Of a DNA stretch of 55,115 bases, positions 7,906-16,392 are shown one piece after another. The stretch comes from Terriglobia bacterium (lineage in GTDB: Bacteria; Acidobacteriota; Terriglobia; Acidiferrales; 2-02-FULL-67-57): assembly GCA_046758465.1 (NCBI GenBank), contig JBHIAG010000002.1, positions 1 through 55,115 on the forward strand, given 5' to 3'. How positions within the stretch are numbered: position 1 is the first letter of the stretch; each line of letters starts with the position of its first letter. The notes below the pieces were generated by a model that did no database searches, was not told the DNA's origin, and saw only the letters and a program-made list of their open reading frames with translations. The position numbers were made by a program, and so were the translations under genes.

Positions 7906-8697
7906 ATGGACTTGGGTATTCGTGGCCGGGTTGCACTCATTGGCGCCTCGGGAAGGGGCCTGGGGCTGGCGACAGCGCAGCGCCTGGCGATGGAGGGCTG
8001 CGTCGTCGCTATCTGTGACAAGGAAGCGAGCGTGCTGAAACCCGCGCTGAAAAGCGTTCAAGCCGCTGGCAGCAACGTGAAAGCCAAAGCCTATCCGGTG
8101 GACTTGACCAAAACAGAAGAGATCGAGCAGTTGGTGGCTTCGGTCAAGAGCGATCTGGGGCCGGTCTCGATCTTGGTCACAAACTCCGGCGGGCCGCCGC
8201 CGGGCCCCTTCGATGCGGCGGCCGATGAGAAGTGGGTCTTTGCCTACTCCCTCACTTTTCTCAGCGCCGTCCGTCTCATCCGCGCCGTACTGCCCGACAT
8301 GAAGGCGCAGAAGTGGGGCCGCATCATCAACTTCACTTCACGGTCGCTCAAGGAGCCCATCCCCAACCTCATCATCTCCAATGCCGTGCGTCTGGCCGTG
8401 GGCGGGATGGCGAAGACGCTGGCCGGCGAGGTGGCGCAGTTCGGCATCACCGTCAACAACGTGTGTCCCGGCCCGACCACGACCGATCGGGCGATTGAGC
8501 TGGCGGGGGCGCGGGCGACCAAGAAAGGCATTAGCGTCGAGGAAGAACTCGCGCAGACCTCCAAGACAATACCGTTGGGGCGGCTGGCCCGGCCGGAAGA
8601 GCAGGCAGCCGCCGTCGCCTTCCTGGCGTCGGAGCCGGCCGGTTATATCACCGGCATTTCCCTCCTTGTAGACGGAGGGGCAGTGAAGGCGCTCTAG
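7906..8697 (+). CDS. short-chain dehydrogenase/reductase (SDR)
   Basis: N-terminal Gly-rich Rossmann motif (ALIGASGRGLG), ..NNVCPGPT.., ~260 aa. Confidence 0.8.
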   Translation: MDLGIRGRVALIGASGRGLGLATAQRLAMEGCVVAICDKEASVLKPALKSVQAAGSNVKAKAYPVDLTKTEEIEQLVASVKSDLGPVSILVTNSGGPPPGPFDAAADEKWVFAYSLTFLSAVRLIRAVLPDMKAQKWGRIINFTSRSLKEPIPNLIISNAVRLAVGGMAKTLAGEVAQFGITVNNVCPGPTTTDRAIELAGARATKKGISVEEELAQTSKTIPLGRLARPEEQAAAVAFLASEPAGYITGISLLVDGGAVKAL

Positions 8698-8871
8698 GAA
8701 AGGAAAGACCACCTCTCCCGCGCCCGGAAAATGCGTCAATTTCGGCCTTTTTCAGCCTGCTTTTGAATTCCTGGTCTCGTCTGTATCTCCTTCAGGTGCA
8801 AGGGGTTAATGCGATGCCACAGGAGTTCGTTTTGCAGTTTTCCTTTTTTCGGATGAGCGAGCCTTGGCCTG

Positions 8872-9027
8872 CTCTTGCAGACCTGTGGGGGTGTGGTCCC
8901 ACCCCCCGAGGCGGGCGCGGATGTGAATGCGAAAGACAAGGATGGCAAGACAGCCTTGATGATGGCGACAAGGACGGGTCACACGACCGTCGTTCAACTG
9001 CTGAAGAAGGCCGGAGCGAAGGAATAA
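8872..9027 (+). pseudogene. ankyrin-repeat gene fragment (C-terminal repeat only)
   Basis: The frame ending at TAA 9025-9027 reads ..[39 protein letters not shown]-stop. There is no start or upstream repeats. Confidence 0.5.
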
Positions 9028-9050
9028 CAACTGCCCCACCCCGCGTCCCC

Positions 9051-9089
9051 TTCCAATCCCTCCTCCTCCGCCTGAACTTCCCGGAGTAA
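9051..9089 (+). repeat. relic ORF-tail module (..FQSLLLRLNFPE-stop), 10 nt upstream of the promoter cassette
   Basis: TTCCAATCCCTCCTCCTCCGCCTGAACTTCCCGGAGTAA. Confidence 0.6.
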
Positions 9090-9099
9090 CCCCTTCGTG

Positions 9100-9128
9100 T
9101 TGACTTGCCTGCGGGTAGGACTTAGAGT
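9100..9128 (+). promoter_or_regulatory. repeated sigma70-type promoter cassette
   Basis: GTGTTGACT TGCCTGCGGGTAGGACT TAGAGT, about 30 nt upstream of the ATG at 9158. Confidence 0.6.
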
Positions 9129-9157
9129 GAACCAAGTTAGAAAACTAGAGGCGGGCC

Positions 9158-9571
9158 ATGCTAAGAAGAGTTTTTCTGTTGGGTCCGGTTCTGGTCGCCC
9201 TGTTAGTGGCGGGCCAGCTTTCTTCAGTCACGAACAGCCCGGATCAGATCGCTCGAGGGAAATACCTAGTGGAAGGTGTGGCGATGTGCCAGGACTGTCA
9301 TAGCCCACGCAACGAGAAAGGCGAGTTCGACCCTTCACTGTGGTTGCAGGGTGCGAGCCTCGAATGTGCCCCCCTGCTTCCGATGCCGTGGGCCGAACTT
9401 GCTACCCCTATTGCCGGCCTTCCCACGTTGAGCACTTCCGAGGCAGTGAAGCTAATGGAAACCGGCCTGATGCCAGACGGTAAACCGTTGCTACCGCCGA
9501 TGCCTCAGTACCGATTCACACGTGAAGATGCGGAGGCCGCCGTCGCTTACCTCAAGTCGCTAGAGAACTAG
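9158..9571 (+). CDS. secreted mono-haem c-type cytochrome
   Basis: Signal-peptide-like N-terminus, CQDCH haem-binding motif, and a distal Met in ..LLPPMPQY... Confidence 0.8.
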   Translation: MLRRVFLLGPVLVALLVAGQLSSVTNSPDQIARGKYLVEGVAMCQDCHSPRNEKGEFDPSLWLQGASLECAPLLPMPWAELATPIAGLPTLSTSEAVKLMETGLMPDGKPLLPPMPQYRFTREDAEAAVAYLKSLEN

Positions 9572-9649
9572 TTGCTCGGCTTACACTAGCAGGAGCGATT
9601 GTGCCTTGTAGAGAAAAGCGGCTGGGCGAAGTCCTTGGGTGCCTTCGCG

Positions 9650-9678
9650 TTGACTTGCCTGCGGGTGCGGCCTAAGCT
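9650..9678 (+). promoter_or_regulatory. repeated sigma70-type promoter cassette
   Basis: GCGTTGACT TGCCTGCGGGTGCGGCC TAAGCT. Confidence 0.6.
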
Positions 9679-9711
9679 AATACGTCCGGCCAACATGGAA
9701 GGGAGAGCTCG

Positions 9712-9984
9712 ATGCTCCAGTTACAACGACTTTGTTGGCTGATGCTGGTGTTGGTGCTCTTTCCCGCGCTTGTGGAGGCACGGCAGGCTGCCCTGTCGGA
9801 GGACCCGCGCGTTGCGGGTGGACCTGGAAAGGTTAATTGTGTCGACCCTGGTCGCTCCTCCGAGTGTCAAGCCCGGGAAGCGCCGTCGCCGGCCATGCTC
9901 CTGCGTGGGTTTTTCCCGGCTTGGTACAAGCACTTAGCGCTACTGGGATTCGCTCCGAGTGCGGCAAGTGAGATGCAATGCTGA
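9712..9984 (+). CDS. hypothetical secreted protein
   Basis: 90-aa ORF with a hydrophobic signal-like N-terminus, a GGAAGGGAG SD and a promoter cassette upstream. No family recognised. Confidence 0.4.
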   Translation: MLQLQRLCWLMLVLVLFPALVEARQAALSEDPRVAGGPGKVNCVDPGRSSECQAREAPSPAMLLRGFFPAWYKHLALLGFAPSAASEMQC

Positions 9985-10026
9985 TGCAAGGAATGGTGTG
10001 ACCCGAACAGCCAGGAGGAGGTTGTT

Positions 10027-11385
10027 GTGAACACAGTCTTCGTAGTCGGCGCAGGTCCGGCCGGATTGTTCGCGGCGCAGAAAATCGCACGTGCCGGGCA
10101 TTCGGTGGTTATCTTCAACCAGGACATCAAGCCCGGCGGACTGGCTGAATACGGCATCTATCCGACCAAGGACAAGATGAAGAACGGGCTGCGGAAGCAG
10201 TTCGGAAAGATTCTGGCCATGCCCGAGGTAACTTACTTTGGCCACACGGCTGTCGGTGCGAACCGGGCTTTTTCGATTGCCGAGCTGCGCGAACTGAACC
10301 CGGCGGCGCTGGTGTTTGCGGTGGGCGCGCAGGGAACCAAGAGGCTGGGCCTGCCGGGCGAGGAGGCCGGCGGAGTGTACGCCTCCAAGGATTTCGTGTA
10401 CCACTACAACCAGCTGCCACCTTTCGCCGGGCAGGATTTCTCCACCGGAAAGCGCATCTGCATTATCGGGATGGGCAACGTAATGGTGGACGTAGCGCAC
10501 TGGTTACTGGTGGACGACCCCGAGCGCCAGGCAGAAGAAGTCACTGTGATCGCCCGGCGCGGGCCGTTCGAGGCCAAGTTCGACCAGAAGGAGTTTGCCT
10601 ACATAGAAGAGTTCCTTGACCGCCGTGCGCTGGAGGAAGAGCTACGGCGGGTGAAGGACCGTATAGCCAAGGTTGGGCAGGACATCGCCCAGGTGCCGGA
10701 CGCGAGTTTCCCCGCCCTCGCTAAGCCTTTCCGGGAGCCTCCCAGTCGCTGCCTGCGCTTTCGTTTCCTGACCTCGCCGACAGCCATTCATGCCGATGGT
10801 AGCGGGCGGATCGTGGGTTTGACAGTGACTGAAAACCTGTTGGTGCCGCGCAACGGCGGAACGAAAGCCCAGGCGACCGACCAAACTACAGAGCTCGAAT
10901 TCGACACCATGATTTTCGCTATCGGCGACGTTGCCGACCCCACCCTGGGCCTTCCTTACGAAAAGAACTCCTACGTGACCAACTCCGACACGGCCGATCC
11001 CGAGCGGGCCGGCTACGAGGTCTTCGACCCGCAAAGCGGGAAGCTACTGGACGGAACTTACGTGGTCGGCTGGGCGCGGAAGGCCAGCGAAGGCTTGGTA
11101 GGCGTTGCCCGCCGGGATGGAGAAACTGGCGCGACTCATATTCTGAACTACTTGGAGGGCGCGCCCCAAAAACCTGCTATCTCTCCGGGGGAGATTCGGC
11201 ACCGGCTCGACGGCAAGAACGTAGAGTGCATCACCAAGGGAGACCTGCCATACCTGACGCGAGCAGAGGAAAAGCAGGCGCAGGAGCGGGGCCTGCCTCG
11301 GTTCAAGTTCGGCGACGATACAGCTATGCTGGCCGCCATCAAGGAGGAAAAAACCAAGGGCGGCGTTCCCCGCGCTGCCGCCTGA
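10027..11385 (+). CDS. FAD/NADPH-dependent ferredoxin-NADP reductase-like oxidoreductase (adrenodoxin reductase/FprA type)
   Basis: VFVVGAGPAGLFAAQKI..GGL..YGI.P dinucleotide motif, second GMGNVMVDVA motif, GTG start behind an AGGAGG SD. Confidence 0.75.
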   Translation: MNTVFVVGAGPAGLFAAQKIARAGHSVVIFNQDIKPGGLAEYGIYPTKDKMKNGLRKQFGKILAMPEVTYFGHTAVGANRAFSIAELRELNPAALVFAVGAQGTKRLGLPGEEAGGVYASKDFVYHYNQLPPFAGQDFSTGKRICIIGMGNVMVDVAHWLLVDDPERQAEEVTVIARRGPFEAKFDQKEFAYIEEFLDRRALEEELRRVKDRIAKVGQDIAQVPDASFPALAKPFREPPSRCLRFRFLTSPTAIHADGSGRIVGLTVTENLLVPRNGGTKAQATDQTTELEFDTMIFAIGDVADPTLGLPYEKNSYVTNSDTADPERAGYEVFDPQSGKLLDGTYVVGWARKASEGLVGVARRDGETGATHILNYLEGAPQKPAISPGEIRHRLDGKNVECITKGDLPYLTRAEEKQAQERGLPRFKFGDDTAMLAAIKEEKTKGGVPRAAA

Positions 11386-11490
11386 CTTTCCTCCTGCTGG
11401 ATGCGAAACTGCCCAGCGCAGGGGACACTTGTGTCGGGGGCTGCAACGGTTCTAGCCCTGTAGTTTCTCGTTTATACCCGTTTTGAACAT

Positions 11491-11518
11491 AGGACTACTG
11501 CAATATTACTGCAGTCCT
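11491..11518. promoter_or_regulatory. 28-bp imperfect palindrome just upstream of a promoter cassette
   Basis: AGGACTACTGCAATATTACTGCAGTCCT (11 of 14 positions pair). It ends 17 nt before the -35 at 11536. Confidence 0.35.
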
Positions 11519-11535
11519 TTCGCACCTCCTTCGCG

Positions 11536-11564
11536 TTGACTTGCCTGCGGGGGCAGCTTACTCT
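11536..11564 (+). promoter_or_regulatory. repeated sigma70-type promoter cassette
   Basis: GCGTTGACT TGCCTGCGGGGGCAGCT TACTCT. Confidence 0.6.
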
Positions 11565-11594
11565 GCTTTCCAGAGTTCTCTGCTGAGGGTAGAG

Positions 11595-12311
11595 ATGAGA
11601 ATCACAAGAGTTCTCTCACTGGCTACGTTGACACTCCTTCTCTGTGGCTCCGCTTGTACACAGTTGGGTGAGTTGCAGGTTGAATCCCGCTCGATTGAGC
11701 TGGCAGATGCCGAGTCAGTTGTGGCCGAGATTAGGATGGGAGCCGGAGAGCTGAGGGTATCTGGGGGTGCCGCGCCACTGCTGGAAGCTGACTTCGCCTA
11801 TAACGTTGCCGACTGGAAGCCCGAAGTGGAGTACAGGGTAATGGGCGATCGCGGTCGGCTCACTGTTCGGCAGCCCAGCGTGACAGGGGGCACTTTAGGC
11901 GGTACCCGATATGAGTGGGACCTGCGTCTGAATGACGACGTTCTCATGGAGCTGAGCGTGGAACTAGGTGCTGGCCGTGCTGACCTCATCCTTGGTTCCC
12001 TCTCGCTGACCGATCTTGAAATCAAGACGGGAGCGGGCGATACCATTCTGGACTTGACCGGTGATTGGAAGACCGATTTACGCGCGCGAATCAGGGGTGG
12101 CGTGGGCCGAGCCACCGTACGGCTTCCCCGTGACGTGGGTGTGTGGGTCGATGCCAAGGCCGGAATAGGCGGCATCAATGCCACTGGCCTAAAGAGGGAC
12201 GGCAGCGCCTACGTCAACGATGCCTACGGAGAGTCAGATGTAACGCTCCGGATTGACATCAAAGGGGGTGTGGGGCAGATCAACTTGGAATTGGGTGCAG
12301 CGGTGCTGTAG
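11595..12311 (+). CDS. lipoprotein with toast-rack (DUF2154/LiaF-C-like) beta-repeat domain
   Basis: Lipobox-like ..LLLCGSAC, then repetitive ..GAG.L.V..G.. beta strands (ELGAGRADLILG..IKTGAGDTILDL..GGVGRATVRLP..GGVGQINLEL). Start set downstream of the promoter. Confidence 0.65.
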   Translation: MRITRVLSLATLTLLLCGSACTQLGELQVESRSIELADAESVVAEIRMGAGELRVSGGAAPLLEADFAYNVADWKPEVEYRVMGDRGRLTVRQPSVTGGTLGGTRYEWDLRLNDDVLMELSVELGAGRADLILGSLSLTDLEIKTGAGDTILDLTGDWKTDLRARIRGGVGRATVRLPRDVGVWVDAKAGIGGINATGLKRDGSAYVNDAYGESDVTLRIDIKGGVGQINLELGAAVL

Positions 12312-12388
12312 AGGAAACTCAAAGATTCCAGCGCGGACCCAAGGAACTTACTTTTCGAGCCTTCATTCTTACCTTTTACGACTCTCGC

Positions 12389-12427
12389 TTCCAATCCCTC
12401 CTGGGCCGCATGAACTTCCCCGAGTAG
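12389..12427 (+). repeat. relic ORF-tail module (..FQSLLGRMNFPE-stop) followed by a degenerate promoter part
   Basis: TTCCAATCCCTCCTGGGCCGCATGAACTTCCCCGAGTAG. Confidence 0.55.
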
Positions 12428-12498
12428 GCTGTTCTCCACACTTGCCAAAAGAGTCTTCCCAGCGCACTCTATGTTGAGTTAGGCCTGTGAGATAGGAG

Positions 12499-12843
12499 AT
12501 GCCAGAGGTCAAACAACGCCAAGCTGGCTCGGTCATCGTGCTGGAGCTGAGTGGACGGCTTACCATGGGGGAGGGTTGTGCCTCTTTGGAGCGCAAGCTG
12601 AAGAGCCTAGCCGCAGATGGGCTCCTCTCCTTGCTGCTGGATTGCAGCCAGCTACAAACGATTGATAGTCAGGGTATTGAAGTTCTGTTGGGAGGCCTCC
12701 GGTCACACGAAACACGAGGCGGCAAGCTGAAGCTGTTCAAGGTCTCACCCAGAGTGCGCTAGGTGCTGGAAATCACCCGTTTGCTCCGGCTTTTTGAAGT
12801 GTACGAGGATGAAGAGACTGCGCTAAAGAATTTCGCTTCCTAG
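12499..12843 (+). pseudogene. STAS-domain anti-sigma-factor antagonist interrupted by an in-frame TAG
   Basis: ..VIVLELSGRLTMGEG..LLLDCSQLQTIDSQGIEVLLG..GGKLKLFKVSPRVR-TAG(12760-12762)-VLEITRLLRLFEVYEDEETALKNFAS-stop. The segment after the TAG is in frame and completes the STAS fold. Confidence 0.75.
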
Positions 12844-12850
12844 GTGGGAA

Positions 12851-12893
12851 TTCCTCCAAGACGCTTCTCCGCCGCCTGAACTTCCCGGAGTAG
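12851..12893 (+). repeat. relic ORF-tail module (..LLRRLNFPE-stop), no promoter part
   Basis: TTCCTCCAAGACGCTTCTCCGCCGCCTGAACTTCCCGGAGTAG. Confidence 0.55.
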
Positions 12894-12906
12894 GTACGAC
12901 CCGTGC

Positions 12907-13767
12907 TCACTTCTGCGAGAACCATGTGGCGTAGAGCTCCGCGCGGCGGTCGCGCAGAAACAGACGCCGAGCGTGGGAGCGACGGACCTCGGACAGATCG
13001 AGGTCTGCATATAGGATGTGTTCTTCACCTTGAGGGGCGCGGCCCACAACAGCTCCGTCTGGCGCGCATACGAAGGACTCACCCGCAAAGGTGAGAAGTT
13101 CTTCCTGCCCAACCCGGTTACACAGAGCCACGAAATAACCATTTTGGAACGCGGCAACACGCATCTCGGCCTCGAAGAGTCCCTCGGGCCACTCGCCCAC
13201 AGCGCCGGCTTGCGGCACGACGACGACGTCAGCACCTCCCAGCGCTAGAGCTCGCATGTATTCGGGGTAGTGGCGGTCGTAGCAGATGGCCACGCCAAGC
13301 CGACCGACCTTCGTTTCGTAGACCGGCGTTCCCGTGTCCCCAGGCGTGTAGTAGCCCTGCTCGTGGAAGCAGCCGTAGTCCGTGATGTGGACCATGCGGG
13401 TCTTCCCGAGTAGCGTGCCATCGGCGTCGATAACCGGCGAGCAGCCGTAGGTACGATCGCCATCCCTCTCGAACAGGTTGAGCACCACCACTACCCCAAG
13501 CTCCTTGGCTTTGGCACAGAACGTCTCTGTAGTTAGCCCAGGGACCGGCTCGGCCTTCTTCAACACCTGTTGCTCTGCCCGCCGCTGGGGATAAAAGGGT
13601 TCGAAAGCGAGTTCGGCGTAGCAGCAGAGCTTTGCACCTGCGGCCGCCGCAGTTTCGAGCGTGTGAATGCCACGGTCGATGTTACCCGCTTTGTCGCCTG
13701 TTGCGCGTTGCTGTACGAGTGCAATGCGGATCACACTTGACTCCGTCTCTCGTTTCTCTATGACCAT
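12907..13767 (-). CDS. carbon-nitrogen hydrolase (nitrilase superfamily; N-carbamoyl-amide hydrolase-like)
   Basis: ..IALVQQ..CYAELAF.. (Glu), ..GKTRMVHI.. (Lys), ..LGVAICYDRHYPE.. (Cys). Start re-picked at MVIEKRE (13767). Confidence 0.8.
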   Translation of the reverse strand: MVIEKRETESSVIRIALVQQRATGDKAGNIDRGIHTLETAAAAGAKLCCYAELAFEPFYPQRRAEQQVLKKAEPVPGLTTETFCAKAKELGVVVVLNLFERDGDRTYGCSPVIDADGTLLGKTRMVHITDYGCFHEQGYYTPGDTGTPVYETKVGRLGVAICYDRHYPEYMRALALGGADVVVVPQAGAVGEWPEGLFEAEMRVAAFQNGYFVALCNRVGQEELLTFAGESFVCAPDGAVVGRAPQGEEHILYADLDLSEVRRSHARRLFLRDRRAELYATWFSQK

Positions 13768-13838
13768 GTGCGGGAACGTAGAGTATCCTTCCGTTCGCGG
13801 TCGGTCAATGTCCACCTCCTTGCGCCCTGCGCCTCCGC

Positions 13839-13874
13839 CTGGAGCGCATGCGCCGCATGAACTTCCCGGAATAG
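13839..13874 (+). repeat. relic ORF-tail module (..LERMRRMNFPE-stop), 9 nt upstream of the promoter cassette
   Basis: CTGGAGCGCATGCGCCGCATGAACTTCCCGGAATAG. Confidence 0.55.
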
Positions 13875-13883
13875 CCCACCGCG

Positions 13884-13912
13884 TTGACTTGCCTGTGGGT
13901 GGGGCGTAGGAT
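13884..13912 (+). promoter_or_regulatory. repeated sigma70-type promoter cassette
   Basis: GCGTTGACT TGCCTGTGGGTGGGGCG TAGGATG. An AAAGGAGGG SD precedes the ATG at 13940. Confidence 0.65.
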
Positions 13913-13939
13913 GCTTCACCCAAAGGAGGGAATCTTTCC

Positions 13940-15385
13940 ATGAATTGTATTTGCGTTATCTGTCTGTCGGTTCTGCTAACCGCCGTGCCGGTTTTCTCGC
14001 AGGCCACTTCACTCGCGGAGGATCGGGAAGTAGCTTCATCCCTTCGCCTGCTGGAAGCTTGGATAGAAACCCAGATGGCCTACCGCGGATTGCCGGGACT
14101 CTCGATTGGAATTGTGCGGGACCAGGAGCTGATATGGTGTCGCGGGTTCGGTTTTGCTGACCTCGAGAAAAGGATCCCCGCCACACCGCAGACCAACTAT
14201 CGCATCGCCTCTATCTCGAAGCTTTTCACCGCCACCGCTATCCTCCAGCTCCGCGACGCGGGCAAGCTCCAGCTCGATGACCCCGTCGCCAAGCATCTGC
14301 CCTAGTTCAAGATTCGCAACAACCACCCTGACGCTCCAGTCATTACCATCCGCCATCTGCTGACCCACACGTCGGGTCTGCCGCGCGAGTCAGCTTTCCC
14401 TTACTGGATGGATGCCAACTTTCCCACCCGCGAGGAGATCATCGAGAGTCTCCCCAAACAGCAAACCATTTACGCGCCCGAGACTCAGTTGAAGTATTCG
14501 AACCTGGCATTAGCGTTAGCCGGGGAGATTGTTCAAGCCGTTTCCGGTCAGCACTATGCCGGCTACATTCAGCAGCACATCCTTGGCCCACTCGATATGG
14601 CAAACACCAGTGCCCTGGTACGCGAAGAACACCGCAAGCGCTTGGCAACTCCTTACGGTCGTCGACTGCCCGACATGTCCCGGCCAGACCGGCCTTTCAT
14701 GGATACCAAGGCCATCACCCCGGCAGCCGGCCTCTCATCCAATGTCAAAGACCTCGCTCGTTTTGCTTCACTGCAATTCCGCGACGGTCCGGCTGGCGGC
14801 AAGCAGATACTCAAGGGTAGTACCTTGCGTGAAATGCACCGTGTCCACTGGCTCGCCCCCGGGTGGGAGATGGGCTGGGGGCTCGGATTCTCGGTGTGGA
14901 AGCGTGGAAGCCAGACGCTGTTTGGGCACGGTGGCTCTCTGGCAGGCTACCGAACTATCCTGCAAATGGATGGGAAAGAAAAGATTGCCGTCATAGTCAT
15001 GACCAACGCTGGCGACGGGAACCCTGGCCGGTATGCCAGCAAGGCGTGGGAATGGATAGCCCCGGCTCTAAAGCACGCCGCTGCCTCCTCCAAGGAATTG
15101 CCTCAACCCGATCCAGCGTGGCAACGTTACGTCGGCCGCTACCGCAATCCCTGGGGGGATTCACACGTCCTGATCTATAAGGGTGAATTGGTGATCATCA
15201 ATCCCGCCGCAGGGGATCCGCTGACTTCCATGATGAAATTGATACCCGTCGCCGAGCACACCTTTCGCATCGAGGGTAAGGTCCTCTATCAGGACCTCGG
15301 TGAGCTCGTAATCTTCGAACTCGGACCCGACGGCAAAGTCGTCCGCATGAGGGAGGGTGCCAACTACAGCGATCCCATTCCCTGA
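13940..15385 (+). pseudogene. serine hydrolase of the beta-lactamase/PBP4 (class C-like) family interrupted by an in-frame TAG
   Basis: Signal peptide and SxxK motif (ASISKLFTA). Then ..VAKHLP-TAG(14303-14305)-FKIRNNHPDAPVITIRHLLTHTSGLP.. continues in the same frame into the 325-aa ORF starting at 14408. Confidence 0.85.
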
Positions 15386-15396
15386 GCTCCCGCGCG

Positions 15397-15425
15397 TTGA
15401 CTTGGGTGGGGGTGCGGAATAGGAT
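15397..15425 (+). promoter_or_regulatory. repeated sigma70-type promoter cassette
   Basis: GCGTTGACT TGGGTGGGGGTGCGGAA TAGGATGG. Positions 15393-15427 are identical over 35 nt to 16316-16350. Confidence 0.6.
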
Positions 15426-15573
15426 GGGGTGCAATTAGGGAGTTTGTCCAAGGGAGGTAGCTCTTGCCAACCTGCGGCTCCGTCCCCTTGCTTCCCCTTC
15501 TCCAACCCCAGCTTGAGCGGCCAGCAGAGAGGCAAGAGTGTCCCGAATTCTTAGAAAATAGGAGGTGACTACC

Positions 15574-15813
15574 ATGTGTTTCTTTTTCAGTTTGATCCCG
15601 GCTACGTTTTGGGCCGTAGTAGGGTATTTTGTGCTTTTCGCCTCTACTCGTGCAGAAGGGACTTTGCATAGGTTTGGTCGGGTCCTGGGAATTTGGGTTT
15701 TAGTTGTTGCCTTGTTTTTTCCAATTTGTGGCGCATATGTAACGTTGTCTGGAAAGTGCCCAATCGAAAAGATGATGCAACAATGGGAAATGCCAACCGA
15801 GAAACAACCTTAG
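15574..15813 (+). CDS. small hydrophobic membrane protein
   Basis: 79 aa with two predicted TM stretches. The ATG lies 8 nt after the AGGAGG at 15560-15565, in an AT-richer patch. Confidence 0.45.
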   Translation: MCFFFSLIPATFWAVVGYFVLFASTRAEGTLHRFGRVLGIWVLVVALFFPICGAYVTLSGKCPIEKMMQQWEMPTEKQP

Positions 15814-15967
15814 TGGAAGCTGATATGGAAAGTAGCTTGCTGGGAGCAATCCCCGCGTCAGCGGGGGATGAAAAGGGATAGGTCTTTATTGGTTTTTCCG
15901 AGTGACCTTCATTGCTTAAGCCAACGAGTCAGCAGTCCGGAAGAGCCACAAAGATGGGGAGGTCCTA

Positions 15968-16183
15968 ATGCATTGGGATGGCTGGTGGCAGATGGGTTGG
16001 ATGTGGGTATTCTGGGTCCTTGTAATTGTCGCACTGTTTCTGTTTGTCCGCTGGATCACAATCTCAGCCCGCGATTCGGAAAAGACGCGCGAGCCGCCCG
16101 AGGAAATCTTGAAAAGTCGCTACGCGCGCGGTGAAATCGACAAGGAAGAATACGAGCGGCGGCTTCACGATCTGCGACGGTAG
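15968..16183 (+). CDS. SHOCT-domain small membrane protein
   Basis: Trp-rich TM segment followed by ..ILKSRYARGEIDKEEYERRLHDL.., the SHOCT short C-terminal motif. Confidence 0.7.
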   Translation: MHWDGWWQMGWMWVFWVLVIVALFLFVRWITISARDSEKTREPPEEILKSRYARGEIDKEEYERRLHDLRR

Positions 16184-16270
16184 ACCGTGACAGGCAACCC
16201 AAAACGGTCATCAAGACAGGAGCCGAGTCAGTAAGCGTCCATCGCGCTAATCTCCGTTCCAACTCTTCGC

Positions 16271-16309
16271 TTCCAAGACCTGCTCGGCCGCATAAACTTT
16301 CCTGAATAA
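16271..16309 (+). repeat. relic ORF-tail module (..FQDLLGRINFPE-stop), 10 nt upstream of the promoter cassette
   Basis: TTCCAAGACCTGCTCGGCCGCATAAACTTTCCTGAATAA. The frame is closed 22 codons upstream by a stop, so it is not a live gene. Confidence 0.6.
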
Positions 16310-16319
16310 GTCCGTCGCG

Positions 16320-16348
16320 TTGACTTGGGTGGGGGTGCGGAATAGGAT
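16320..16348 (+). promoter_or_regulatory. repeated sigma70-type promoter cassette
   Basis: GCGTTGACT TGGGTGGGGGTGCGGAA TAGGATGG, a 35-nt identity with the copy at 15393-15427. Confidence 0.6.
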
Positions 16349-16392
16349 GGTGGGCAACGTGGCCCCGTGGTGACTTTTTCGGGAGACAGACC

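Noticed and set aside
12760-14305. Two in-frame TAG codons could indicate amber recoding (pyrrolysine or a suppressor tRNA)
   Set aside because: TAG is used as the ordinary terminator of many neighbouring genes (6948, 8697, 9571, 12311, 15813, 16183, 18689). No tRNA with a CUA anticodon is present in the window. Simple nonsense mutations in a decaying island explain both.
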